Of a stretch of DNA of 64,000 nt, positions 24,025 through 34,685 are shown in pieces. Every line of letters starts with the position of its first letter. Position 1 is the first letter of the stretch. The translations under genes and the position numbers were made by a program. This DNA is from an uncultured Nitrospiraceae bacterium. Lineage in GTDB: Bacteria > Nitrospirota > Nitrospiria > Nitrospirales > Nitrospiraceae. Under the pieces are notes generated by a model. The model had not been told where the DNA came from. It made no database searches and was given only the letters and a program-made list of their open reading frames with translations. The DNA is taken from contig CAVPLT010000005.1 in the NCBI GenBank assembly GCA_963706325.1, positions 64,001 to 128,000 on the forward strand, given 5' to 3'.

Positions 24025-24446
24025 GGAGGGACACGGGTGATCGCTCGTCGAGTCAGCTCGGCGGGAGGAAAGTCCGGACTCCAAGGGCAAGGACGCTGGA
24101 TAACGTCCAGGCGGAGCGACCCGACACCAGCACCACAGAGAACAAACCGCCGATGGCCAGTGCGATGGGCTTCGGCTCATGGCACCGGCTCAGGTAAGGG
24201 TGAAACGGTGGGGTAAGAGCCCACCGCGGTGATGGCGACATCAACGGCACGGTAAGCGTCGTCCGGAGCAAGACCAAATAGGGGGACGACTGCGGTGCTC
24301 GTAAGAGCCCAGCAGAAAGGCCGGCCCGGCCGAGGTCCTCGGGTAGGTTGCTTGAGGCTCGAGGTAACTCGAGTCCCAGAGAAATGATCACCCTCGCGTG
24401 AGCGCAAGTTTCACGCGAGACAGAATCCGGCTTATAGGGTTTCTCC
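24025..24446 (+). ncRNA. rnpB: RNase P RNA (type A)
   Basis: GAGGAAAGTCC, ACAGAGAAC-AAACCGCC, GGGTGAAACGG..GGTAAGAG, GGAGCAAG, ACAGAATCCGGCTTA; ends pair as P1. Confidence 0.93.
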
Positions 24447-24693
24447 AACGCGCTCTTTTAATCGCCTTCCGCAACTCACTGCCTGTTACTTTGCCGGAAA
24501 TTGCTTCTCGCCCATCGAGGAGGACCACCGGCACTTGATCGCCGTATTGCGCGACGAGACGCGGATCGCTGTCCACATCCATTTCCACGAGATCGAAAAC
24601 GAGCTCCTGCCGTACCTGCTCGGCGACGCGATGGACCACGTGGCACAGATGACAATTACGGCGGGAGACAATGGTTACGCAAAGATGATTCAT
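24388..24693 (-). CDS. Glutaredoxin-like protein (DUF836-like)
   Basis: CHLC, DVDSD, YG..VPV; 3' end overlaps rnpB antisense. Confidence 0.8.
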   Translation of the reverse strand: MNHLCVTIVSRRNCHLCHVVHRVAEQVRQELVFDLVEMDVDSDPRLVAQYGDQVPVVLLDGREAISGKVTGSELRKAIKRARWRNPISRILSRVKLALTRG

Positions 24694-24947
24694 GGCTTGT
24701 CAGTCGGACGAAACGAGCGGATTTTGCTATACCATACGTTGAGGAGCGAGCACCACCTCGCGCGATGTGAGGAACGGTGCTCGCTCTCTTGACCCCGCTT
24801 AAGACCTGGTGGTACCATCTGCCATCTTACCCATTGTTTTTTCACGTAAGATTGTATCAACCTGTATCCTGCATATGAGGCAGGAAGAGGATTGTTCTCA
24901 ATTGAGATATAGAGTCCTTCGCCATGGATTGCGAAGGGGGGGTTGAT

Positions 24948-26726
24948 ATGAAGCTCACCGGGTCAGAAATCCTGATTGAATGCTTAAAGCGTGAAGGTGT
25001 GAAGACGATTTTCGCGCTACCGGGCGGAGTCGTGCTGAAGATCTTCGACATGCTCCATCAACAAAAAGATATTGAGGTTGTTCTGACCCGACACGAGCAG
25101 GGTGCCGGTCATATGGCTGAAGGTTATGCCAAGGCTACCGGCAAGGCCGGCGTTTGCTTGGTGACCTCCGGACCTGGAATGACCAACGTGATTACTGCGC
25201 TGGCGGATGCGTACATGGATTCGGTGCCATTGGTCTGTTTCAGCGGACAGGTGTCTACGAGCTTGATCGGCAACGATGCATTTCAGGAAGCCGATAACAT
25301 AGGCCTCAGCCGCCCCTGCACGAAATATAACTTTCTCGTGAAGGACGTGAACGACCTCGCAACGACGATCAAGGAAGCCTTCTATATCGCGACGACCGGA
25401 CGCCCTGGGCCGGTCCTCGTCGATATTCCCAAAGACGTGTCTATGGCCAAGGGCGAATTTACCTATCCCAGTTCAGTGGCTATCCGCGGGTACAATCCGA
25501 CCTACGAAGGCAACAAGTGGCAGATCAAGCAGGCCGCCGAAGCCATCATGAAGGCCAAGAAGCCGATTTTATACGTCGGGGGAGGCGTCGTGTTCTCGGG
25601 GGCTTCCAAGGAATTGCTTGAATTGGCAGAAATGACGCAAATCCCTGTGGATATGACGTTGATGGGGCTCGGCGCGTTCCCCGGCGAACACTCCCAGTCG
25701 ATGGGTATGATGGGAATGCATGGCACCTACTGCGCCAATATGGCGGTGCACTATGCTGATCTGGTGATCGCGGTCGGCGCGCGCTTCGATGATCGTGTGA
25801 CAGGTAAGGTGTCAGAGTTTTGTCCTTACGCCAAAATCATTCACATCGATATCGATCCGACGTCGATCCGAAAAAACATCCACGTCGATATCCCAATCGT
25901 AGGTGACTGCAAGGCGGTCTTGCGAGAATTGATCCAGATACTCAAGGCGACGGCCAATGGGAACCAGCGCGACCTTCGCAAGCCTTGGTGGGATCAAATA
26001 CGCGAATGGCAACAGGCGCACCCGCTTGCCTATCAGCAGGAGCCTGAAGGAGCGATCAAGCCGCAACATGTTGTCAAACGACTTTATGAGTTGACGAAGG
26101 ATCGAGATCCGATTGTCTCCACGGACGTCGGGCAGCATCAGATGTGGACGGCCCAGTATTTCAAGCTTGCCAAGCCGAACCGGTGGCTGACCTCGGGCGG
26201 TTTGGGTACAATGGGGTTCGGCTTCCCGGCTGCCATGGGGGCGCAGGCGGCGTTCAGAGACCGGTTAGTGCTCTGCGTAGCCGGTGACGGCAGTGTGCAA
26301 ATGAATATGCAGGAAATGGCTACAGCCGTCGTATCGAAACTACCGGTGAAGGTGATTATCCTGAATAATCGCTTTCACGGCATGGTTCGTCAATGGCAGG
26401 ACTTGTTCTACGAAGGACGGTATGCGTCCAGCTATCTCGACACCACGCCGGATTTCGTGAAGTTGGCCGAAGCCTATGGCGCTGTGGGTCTGCGTGCGAG
26501 TAAGGTGGCCGATCTTGATGCGGTGTTGAAGGAAGCCATAGCGACCGACAAGCCGGTGGTTGTGGATGTGCCGACATACCCGTATGAGAATTGCTATCCG
26601 ATGATTCCCGCTGGCGGCTGCAACCATGAGATGATTCTCGAAGACCCGCCTGAGTTAAAGAAGAGGATGGCCGGGGTTCCCAGTACCCGTTCTAACGAGG
26701 ACATAGACACGATTCTTACAGCGTAG
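24948..26726 (+). CDS. ilvB: Acetolactate synthase large subunit
   Basis: RHEQGA, TSGPG, RFDDR, GDGS...NN TPP motif, MVRQWQ. Confidence 0.96.
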   Translation: MKLTGSEILIECLKREGVKTIFALPGGVVLKIFDMLHQQKDIEVVLTRHEQGAGHMAEGYAKATGKAGVCLVTSGPGMTNVITALADAYMDSVPLVCFSGQVSTSLIGNDAFQEADNIGLSRPCTKYNFLVKDVNDLATTIKEAFYIATTGRPGPVLVDIPKDVSMAKGEFTYPSSVAIRGYNPTYEGNKWQIKQAAEAIMKAKKPILYVGGGVVFSGASKELLELAEMTQIPVDMTLMGLGAFPGEHSQSMGMMGMHGTYCANMAVHYADLVIAVGARFDDRVTGKVSEFCPYAKIIHIDIDPTSIRKNIHVDIPIVGDCKAVLRELIQILKATANGNQRDLRKPWWDQIREWQQAHPLAYQQEPEGAIKPQHVVKRLYELTKDRDPIVSTDVGQHQMWTAQYFKLAKPNRWLTSGGLGTMGFGFPAAMGAQAAFRDRLVLCVAGDGSVQMNMQEMATAVVSKLPVKVIILNNRFHGMVRQWQDLFYEGRYASSYLDTTPDFVKLAEAYGAVGLRASKVADLDAVLKEAIATDKPVVVDVPTYPYENCYPMIPAGGCNHEMILEDPPELKKRMAGVPSTRSNEDIDTILTA

Positions 26727-26827
26727 GGAGAACGCGCTCAAAGCCGATAGCCTGTGGCGGATGGAAGATCGGGGGCGAGTTCTTATCGCTTCACGCCAGC
26801 TCTCGGCTGATCGCACCTGGTAACTCA

Positions 26828-27346
26828 ATGGAACACATTATTTCAGTGACCGTAGAGAATAAGTTTGGGGTGTTGTCCCGCGTGGCAGGCCTGTTCAGCG
26901 GTCGCGGCTTCAATATCGAAAGCCTCTCGGTGGCGCCGACGCTCGACCCGTCGATGTCCCAGATGACGATTGTCACATCGGGCGATGACCGAATCGTGGA
27001 ACAAATCGTCAAACAGCTGAACAAGCTGATCGACGTCATTAAAGTCGTGGATCTCAACGAGAGCGAATTCGTCTCTCGGGAGACGGCGCTGATTAAGGTC
27101 CATACAAAATCTGAAGACCGTGCGGAAGCCCTTAGGATCGCGGATATTTTTCGAGCCAATGTCATCGACTCGACGCCCTCGACGTATACCATCGAAGTAA
27201 CAGGCGATCCGAAGAAGATCGAGGCCATCATCAACTTGCTGCAGCCGCTGGGTATCAAGGAACTGATACGAACGGGGCGTGTGGCGATTGCGCGTGAAGC
27301 GATCAGGCCGGCCGTCAGCCAACCCAAAAAAGTCGCCAAAGAATAA
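26828..27346 (+). CDS. ilvN: Acetolactate synthase small subunit
   Basis: ACT domain GVLSRVAGLFSGRGFNIESL, KQLNKL. Confidence 0.95.
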   Translation: MEHIISVTVENKFGVLSRVAGLFSGRGFNIESLSVAPTLDPSMSQMTIVTSGDDRIVEQIVKQLNKLIDVIKVVDLNESEFVSRETALIKVHTKSEDRAEALRIADIFRANVIDSTPSTYTIEVTGDPKKIEAIINLLQPLGIKELIRTGRVAIAREAIRPAVSQPKKVAKE

Positions 27347-27410
27347 CGCGCCCATCCTCTGTGTGTAGCCGTCGTTTCCACCCATGTGCCCTACGAACAG
27401 TCAGGAGTGA

Positions 27411-28427
<1,017 letters not shown>

Positions 28428-28477
28428 CACCTCGCGCGGGCGCTTCGTGGTAGCATTTAAAGAGTGCCTGGAGATCT

Positions 28478-29128
28478 ATGGCTGATCGAGCCGTTGGGAT
28501 ACCAATTGTAAAGGAAGGGGTGCCGTTCGTCGGCGCTCTCGGTGGCGTGGCGCTGCTCTTTAGTCTCGCCGGGTGGATCATCCCAGCTGGAGTGGCGGGA
28601 GGCTTCACGCTCTTTACCGCCTGGTTCTTCAGGAATCCCAATCGGACGATTCCGCGAGAGCCGAACGCGGTGGTGTCTCCGGGCGACGGTAAAGTGATCG
28701 CCATTGAAGAAGAGTTTGAACCGCGTTACTTGAAAGAAAAAAGTATTAGGTTGACCGTATTTTTGAATGTCTTCGACGTGCACGTAAATCGAATGCCCTG
28801 CGCGGGGACTGTGGAGGGCGTCAGTTATCAGCCCGGTCAGTTTCTCGTGGCCAGCAAGCCTGAGGCGACGCTGCGCAACGAACAAAACGCCGTCATGTTA
28901 AAGGCTGAGTCAGGGGCAAAAGTGCTCTGCGTGCAAGTTGCCGGGCTGATCGCTCGTCGGATCGTCTGCTGGGTCGGAAAAGGAGAGCGCGTGCAGCGGG
29001 GAGAGCGGTTCGGATTGATCCGGTTTGGTTCGCGGATGGATACCTTTCTTCCGCTTGGGTCCAAGATTCGTGTTGCGGTGGGCGATCGTGTCAAAGGGGG
29101 AGAAACCATCGTGGGGGAACTCCGATGA
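28478..29128 (+). CDS. psd: Phosphatidylserine decarboxylase proenzyme (short type)
   Basis: FFRNP, HVNR, RFGSR self-cleavage motif. Confidence 0.92.
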   Translation: MADRAVGIPIVKEGVPFVGALGGVALLFSLAGWIIPAGVAGGFTLFTAWFFRNPNRTIPREPNAVVSPGDGKVIAIEEEFEPRYLKEKSIRLTVFLNVFDVHVNRMPCAGTVEGVSYQPGQFLVASKPEATLRNEQNAVMLKAESGAKVLCVQVAGLIARRIVCWVGKGERVQRGERFGLIRFGSRMDTFLPLGSKIRVAVGDRVKGGETIVGELR

Positions 29129-29925
29129 AATCACCAGCTATGCGAACTTCGTTTCCCAAAGGTCATCGAAAACGACAGGCGATGTACCTGATCCCCAACC
29201 TCTGCACGACCGGAAATTTGTTTTGCGGCGTGTTTGCGATTTTGTCGGTGTTCAATGGCCAGCATTTGGCGGCAGCCATCGCAATCCTGGTCGGAATGAT
29301 TTTCGACATGTTAGATGGGAAGTTGGCCCGACTCACGAACAGTACCGGCCAGTTCGGTATCGAATACGATTCCCTATCTGATGTGGTGTCGTTTGGTGTC
29401 GCGCCGGGTGTGCTTATCTATTCATATGCCTTGAGCGGGCAAGGCATGTTTGGCGTGGCAGTCATGTTTGCCTATGTTGCCATGGGAGCGGTACGGCTGG
29501 CCCGATTCAATGCCACGGTGAGCACCTCTGACAGCAAATATTTCACCGGGTTGGCCATTCCTGCGGCGGCGGGTGTCATTGCGTCGTTGGTGATCTTCGA
29601 TCTTCACATCACGCAGATGGGGGCAGAGGTGAAGCCGCTATTAATTTTGGTGATCACCTTCGCGCTCGCATTCTTGATGGTGAGCACGATCAAGTACCGC
29701 AGTTTTAAGGACATGAAGTTCAGGCGAGGCGATCATTTTACTTATCTGGTGTGGGGTATTCTCGCCCTGATGTTGATTGTCGCCTGGCCGCAGGCGATGC
29801 TATTTGTCACTTTTGCGGGGTATGCTCTTTCCGGCCCGGTCGCGCGTCTCTGGACGCTGATGACGAAGAGCACCGGCAAGCGCATTGCGAAGAACGATTC
29901 ACCGGTAATGGATGCCAAAGAGTAG
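29125..29925 (+). CDS. pssA: CDP-diacylglycerol--serine O-phosphatidyltransferase
   Basis: DMLDGKLAR...G..YDSLSD motif, RLARFN. Confidence 0.93.
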   Translation: MKSPAMRTSFPKGHRKRQAMYLIPNLCTTGNLFCGVFAILSVFNGQHLAAAIAILVGMIFDMLDGKLARLTNSTGQFGIEYDSLSDVVSFGVAPGVLIYSYALSGQGMFGVAVMFAYVAMGAVRLARFNATVSTSDSKYFTGLAIPAAAGVIASLVIFDLHITQMGAEVKPLLILVITFALAFLMVSTIKYRSFKDMKFRRGDHFTYLVWGILALMLIVAWPQAMLFVTFAGYALSGPVARLWTLMTKSTGKRIAKNDSPVMDAKE

Positions 29926-29930
29926 GAATA

Positions 29931-30184
29931 GCTGTGAAGAGGAGTAGTAGGCAGGGCTGACTGAACTGAGAGAGCTGGTGGGTGGTGCAAACCAGCCGGT
30001 AAGCTGCCGAACTCACCTTGGAGCTGGACTTGTGAAGCCTTTGTAGTAGTGAGTCCCGCATTGTCCACGTCACGGACCGAATCAAGGGCAGTTGGATGGG
30101 GTGCGCCATCCATTGCTGAATCAGGGTGGTACCACGAAGCTCGCAAGGCCTTCGTCCCTGTCCAGGGGCGGAGGCTTTTTTATT
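29931..30184 (+). promoter_or_regulatory. Leucine T-box riboswitch with intrinsic terminator
   Basis: AGTA box, GAGAGCTGG..GGTG..AAACCAGC stem I, GAA-CTC specifier (Leu, 30012-30014), T-box AGGGTGGTACCACG (30123-30136), terminator GCCTTCGTCCCT..AGGGGCGGAGGC-T6; upstream of leuA. Confidence 0.9.
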
Positions 30185-30185
30185 G

Positions 30186-30311
30186 GCAGGATGTTGAAAC
30201 GGTTTCCAACTTTGTTCTCGGCTCGAAAACATCCTCAACGTACCCCAAGGGTACGCCTCCGGTGTTTTCTCGGCCTGCGGCCTCGTTGGAAAACCTGTTT
30301 GAGCATTCTGC
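30186..30311. repeat. MITE/REP-like palindromic element (126 bp)
   Basis: Imperfect terminal inverted repeats GCAGGATGTTGAAACGGTTTCCAAC / GTTGGAAAACCTGTTTGAGCATTCTGC and central CGTACCC-CAA-GGGTACG hairpin. Confidence 0.7.
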
Positions 30312-30341
30312 AGACCACGAGTAAAGAAGGGGAGGTACGCC

Positions 30342-31889
30342 ATGACCAGGATGATCAGAATATTTGATACGACGTTGCGGGACGGCGAGCAATCGCCAGG
30401 GGCAAGTATGAACGTCGAAGAGAAGCTCATGATCGCCAAGCAACTGGCGCGCCTCGGTGTGGATATCATTGAAGCTGGTTTCGCCTATAGCTCGCCTGGG
30501 GATTTCGAAGCGGTGCGCCGAATTGCGCTGGAGGTTGAGGGGCCGGTGGTCTGCAGCCTCGCGCGAGCCAGACCGGAAGACATCACCAGGGCCTCTGAGG
30601 CCCTGAAGGGCGCGCCAAAGGTCCGCATCCATACGTTTCTCTCCACGTCCGACATTCACCTCAAACACCAGTTTCGCATGACGCGGGAAGCAGCGAAGCG
30701 GCGTGCTGTGGAAATGGTGCAACTGGCTCGTACCTATGTGGATGATGTCGAATTTTCTCCAATGGATGCCAGTCGGTCCGATCCCGACTATCTGTGCGAA
30801 GTGGTGGAAGCCGTCATTGCGGCGGGGGCGGGAACGGTCAATATTCCTGACACGGTGGGCTATGCCAATCCTCAGGAGTTCGGCGGGTTGATCAAACGAA
30901 TCAAAGACACCGTGCCGAATAGCGGACAGGCCGTGATCTCTGTCCATTGCCATAACGATCTGGGGTTGGCCGTCGCCAATAGTCTCGCTGCGGTGATGGC
31001 TGGGGCCGGTCAGGTAGAGTGCACGATCAACGGGATCGGTGAGCGGGCCGGAAACACCTCGCTCGAAGAGATTGTGATGGGTCTTCGGACACGAAAGGAT
31101 TGGTATGGGGCCGATACGAAGGTCGTGACAGAAGAGATTTCCAAAACTAGCCGCCTCGTGAGCAAGATCACGGGCATGGTGATTCAGCCCAATAAGGCTA
31201 TTGTCGGCGCGAATGCGTTTGCGCACACGTCGGGTATTCACCAAGACGGTTTGCTCAAAGATAAGACGACCTACGAAATCATGCGGCCTGAATCCATCGG
31301 TCTTGAGCAGAACAAGCTGGTGATGGGCAAGTTATCCGGGCGCCATGCGTTTCGCCAGCGGCTGGAGGACCTGGGCTACAAACTGACTGAAGAAGAGGTC
31401 AACCACGCCTTTGAACGATTCAAGCGTCTGGCAGACCAGAAGAAAGAAATTTACGAAGAAGACCTCGAAGTGATCGTGTCTGAGGAAGTGGCGAAAATGT
31501 CAGAGCGGGTGATCCTGAAGTCGTTTCAGGTCGAAAGCGGAACTAACTTGGTGCCCAAAGCCACGGTCGAGTTGGAGATCGACGGCAAGTCGGTGACTCA
31601 GAGTGGGACGGGCGACGGGCCGGTCGACGCGGTGTACCGCACGATCGCCTCCATGACCCAGACGAAGAGTAAATTGCTTATGTTCGGGGTCAATGCCATC
31701 ACCGGGGGAACCGATGCGCAAGGGGAAGTATCGGTGAGGCTGGAAGAAGATGGTCGCACTGTGTCCGGTCACGGGGCTGATACCGATATCATTACCGCGT
31801 CGGCGCGGGCCTATTTGAACGCGCTTAATAAGTTGGCATATTTCGCTCTGAAACAAGCGGAGGGAATTCAGAAGGTCAGCTTGATTTGA
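30342..31889 (+). CDS. leuA: 2-isopropylmalate synthase
   Basis: [31 protein letters not shown] regulatory domain. Confidence 0.97.
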   Translation: MTRMIRIFDTTLRDGEQSPGASMNVEEKLMIAKQLARLGVDIIEAGFAYSSPGDFEAVRRIALEVEGPVVCSLARARPEDITRASEALKGAPKVRIHTFLSTSDIHLKHQFRMTREAAKRRAVEMVQLARTYVDDVEFSPMDASRSDPDYLCEVVEAVIAAGAGTVNIPDTVGYANPQEFGGLIKRIKDTVPNSGQAVISVHCHNDLGLAVANSLAAVMAGAGQVECTINGIGERAGNTSLEEIVMGLRTRKDWYGADTKVVTEEISKTSRLVSKITGMVIQPNKAIVGANAFAHTSGIHQDGLLKDKTTYEIMRPESIGLEQNKLVMGKLSGRHAFRQRLEDLGYKLTEEEVNHAFERFKRLADQKKEIYEEDLEVIVSEEVAKMSERVILKSFQVESGTNLVPKATVELEIDGKSVTQSGTGDGPVDAVYRTIASMTQTKSKLLMFGVNAITGGTDAQGEVSVRLEEDGRTVSGHGADTDIITASARAYLNALNKLAYFALKQAEGIQKVSLI

Positions 31890-32001
31890 TCCGCGGCTGC
31901 ACGGTAGATTCCTCAGTCCTCGCTGGCATCTCCGCGCCGGCTTTGACTGAGCGCGCCGCCCAGTGTCCCCCGTCGCAAGTATTCATCCGGAAGGATGCAC
32001 G

Positions 32002-32364
32002 ATGCTGAATACACATCTTCAACGCTGTCCGGAATTTCTAGCCGGAGACCATACGAGATTGCGGGAACTCTTGCACCCTGCAAAGGCCTCACTGGCATTA
32101 GGGTATAGCCTGGCGCACGGATCACTCGATCCGGGCAAGCAGTCTCTCTGGCATCGCTTAAAATCCTCCGAGGTGTACTATTTTATCGCAGGCCGCGGCG
32201 TGATGAGCATCGAGGAAGAATCCACAAATGTCGAACCGGGCTCGGTGATCTATGTGCCGCCGGGTGCCAAGCAGTCATTATTGAATAGCGGAACGAATCA
32301 GATGGAGTTTCTCTGCCTGGTCGATCCAGCCTGGACCGCGGAGGATGAGGCAGTCGTTGAATAG
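32002..32364 (+). CDS. Cupin domain protein
   Basis: SLAH...PG..S.WH....EVYY...G.G, YVPPG. Confidence 0.85.
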   Translation: MLNTHLQRCPEFLAGDHTRLRELLHPAKASLALGYSLAHGSLDPGKQSLWHRLKSSEVYYFIAGRGVMSIEEESTNVEPGSVIYVPPGAKQSLLNSGTNQMEFLCLVDPAWTAEDEAVVE

Positions 32365-32382
32365 ACGAGAGGAGATGGATAG

Positions 32383-33459
32383 GTGAAAGCGAGAATCGCA
32401 GTCTTGGCCGGAGACGGAGTGGGCCGGGAAATTATTCCGGAAGCCGTTAAGGTCTTAAAGGTGGTCGCCGAGCGCTATGGCCATAGCTTCGAATTTTCAG
32501 CCGGCGCTGTCGGCGGCTACGCCATCGATAAAGTCGGGGTCCCATTGCCGCAGGAGACACTGTTGATTGCGAAACAAAGCGACGCCGTGTTGCTGGGAGC
32601 GGTTGGTGGTCCAAAATGGGAAGGTTTGGAATATAGCCTTCGTCCGGAGCGCGCTTTACTTGGCTTACGGGAACAACTTGGGCTCTATGCCAATTTGCGC
32701 CCCGCTAAGCTGTACCCCATGCTAGCCGATGCCTCCAGCTTGCGACCTGAGGTCATTGAGGGGATCGACATGCTCGTCATCCGTGAGCTGACCGGAGGGA
32801 TCTATTTCGGCAAGCCGAAGGGAATTGAAAAAATGTCCGGCGGTGGGGAACGCGGTTTCAATACTGAGGTCTATACGACGGATGAAATTCGGCGCATTGC
32901 GGTAGTGGCCTTCGACGCGGCGCGCAAGCGCAGGAAGAAAGTCACTTCGGTCGACAAGGCCAATGTACTGGAGTCGTCAGAGCTATGGCGGCGGGTGGTG
33001 ACCGAGGTGCAGAAAGACTATATTGACGTGGCGTTGAGCCACATCTATGTCGACAATTGCGCAATGCAGCTAGTGCGTAATCCGCGACAATTCGATGTGT
33101 TACTGTGCAACAACATCTTCGGCGATATTCTCAGTGACGAAGCGGCAATGTTGACCGGGTCGATCGGTATGTTGCCCTCCGCCAGTATCGGAGCCAAGGT
33201 CGGGCTTTTCGAGCCGATTCATGGCAGCGCGCCGGACATCGCCGGAAAAAACATCGCCAATCCGATTGCGACCATTGCCTCCGCGGCGATGATGCTCTCC
33301 TATGCGTTTCGTTTGGATAAGGAAGCCGAAGCGATAGAGCAGGCGATCGTCAAGACGCTTGAACTGGGATTTCGCACCAAAGACATTCATGCCGAAGGTA
33401 TGCGGCTGGTCGGCACAACCGAAATGGGCGATGCCATTGCGCGCAACCTCGCCTCGTGA
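32383..33459 (+). CDS. leuB: 3-isopropylmalate dehydrogenase
   Basis: [42 protein letters not shown]. Confidence 0.97.
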   Translation: MKARIAVLAGDGVGREIIPEAVKVLKVVAERYGHSFEFSAGAVGGYAIDKVGVPLPQETLLIAKQSDAVLLGAVGGPKWEGLEYSLRPERALLGLREQLGLYANLRPAKLYPMLADASSLRPEVIEGIDMLVIRELTGGIYFGKPKGIEKMSGGGERGFNTEVYTTDEIRRIAVVAFDAARKRRKKVTSVDKANVLESSELWRRVVTEVQKDYIDVALSHIYVDNCAMQLVRNPRQFDVLLCNNIFGDILSDEAAMLTGSIGMLPSASIGAKVGLFEPIHGSAPDIAGKNIANPIATIASAAMMLSYAFRLDKEAEAIEQAIVKTLELGFRTKDIHAEGMRLVGTTEMGDAIARNLAS

Positions 33460-33463
33460 ATCA

Positions 33464-34675
33464 ATGACACGCCCGATACCATCCGTAATCATCGAGACGG
33501 TGGCCGGAAACGGCGAGCCAGGCTACACCGGAGACGGAGGACCGGCTAAAGCGGCTTCGTTAAACGAGCCGAAAGGTCTCTGTGTGGACCAAGCCGGAAA
33601 TCTCTACATCGCCGATTCTGAAAATCACGTCGTACGACGTGTCGATCTAAGGACGGGTGTGATTACTACCGTTGCAGGCATCTGTCCCGCCGGTATGACT
33701 GGACCGGTTTCCTCGCCACCTGCTGCGGAAGTTCCGGTAGCCGAGGACGAAGATCCCTTTGCCGATATCTCGGGGGATGCGACAAAGGCCTATTCTCAAG
33801 TTACCGATCTCAGTGGAACGGTACGCTACGTCACCGGAGGCCGGCTCACCGTAGAGCACGATTCCGGTGATGGCGGCCCTGCCCGTCGAGCTCGGCTGAA
33901 CTTTCCCAGCGCCGTGGCCGTCGATCGATTCGGTAACTTGTACATTGCCGATACGATGAACCATCGAGTGAGACGAGTCGATGCGACGACCGGCGTGATT
34001 ACCACGATTGCGGGAACCGGGCAGGCGCGCTATTCCGGCGATGGCGGTCCCGCGGTTCTTGCGGCGCTCAACGAACCGACTGGTCTGGCCGTCAGGGACG
34101 AGGCTTTGTATATCGCCGACCAGAGCAACAATCGTATACGTCGCGTGCAACTCTCCACGAACGTCATCACGACCATCGCAGGAGATGGAACAGCGGCCTA
34201 TAGCGGAGATCAGGTTCCGGCCGATCAAACTAGTTTGTCGGGGCCAAGCGGCGTGGCGCTAGCAGGCAAAGAAACCCTATACGTGGCCGATACCTTTAAT
34301 AGCCGAATTCGCTCCGTCGATGCGGCGTCGGGGCAGATTGCGACCGCGGTTGGCGACGGAGGAACGTATCGCTATCAAGGGCCAGATGAGCCCGATTCGC
34401 TGAGTCTCTCCAGGCCGACCGCAATCGCCGTCGATCACGACGAAAGATTGTACCTCACCGATTCGGACAGTCACTTGATTCGTGTTTGGGATCCTCAGAC
34501 GAAGACTATTAGGCGCTTGTCCGGCACCGGCATGCCGCAGTTCGGCGGGGACGGCGGCGATGCTTTGGCAGGAAGTCTTAATTACCCTTTCGGTGTGGCA
34601 GTCGGTGCGAACGGGATCGTCTACATCGCAGATACATTCAACCACCGCATCAGAGCTCTGACCGCGATTGCGTAA
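33464..34675 (+). CDS. NHL-repeat beta-propeller protein
   Basis: Six repeats of GDGG.A..A.LN.P.G.AV....LYIAD..N.R.R; no signal peptide. Confidence 0.88.
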   Translation: MTRPIPSVIIETVAGNGEPGYTGDGGPAKAASLNEPKGLCVDQAGNLYIADSENHVVRRVDLRTGVITTVAGICPAGMTGPVSSPPAAEVPVAEDEDPFADISGDATKAYSQVTDLSGTVRYVTGGRLTVEHDSGDGGPARRARLNFPSAVAVDRFGNLYIADTMNHRVRRVDATTGVITTIAGTGQARYSGDGGPAVLAALNEPTGLAVRDEALYIADQSNNRIRRVQLSTNVITTIAGDGTAAYSGDQVPADQTSLSGPSGVALAGKETLYVADTFNSRIRSVDAASGQIATAVGDGGTYRYQGPDEPDSLSLSRPTAIAVDHDERLYLTDSDSHLIRVWDPQTKTIRRLSGTGMPQFGGDGGDALAGSLNYPFGVAVGANGIVYIADTFNHRIRALTAIA

Positions 34676-34685
34676 GGACAGCATC

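Noticed and set aside
23941..24448. ORFs overlapping rnpB
   Set aside because: Chance open frames in a GC-rich structural RNA
28478..29925. psd-pssA inside the ilv-leu cluster as a novelty
   Set aside because: ilvC-psd-pssA-leuA is a familiar arrangement in other bacteria
29742..30469. ORFs across the pssA-leuA spacer
   Set aside because: Region is explained by the T-box and the palindromic element
30180..31244. 354-aa minus ORF and other long antisense ORFs (e.g. 27564-28295, 45603-46319)
   Set aside because: Shadows of well-supported genes on the opposite strand, no motifs
33464..34675. Periodic DNA similarity as CRISPR or tandem repeat
   Set aside because: Explained by NHL protein repeats; no identical direct repeats with spacers
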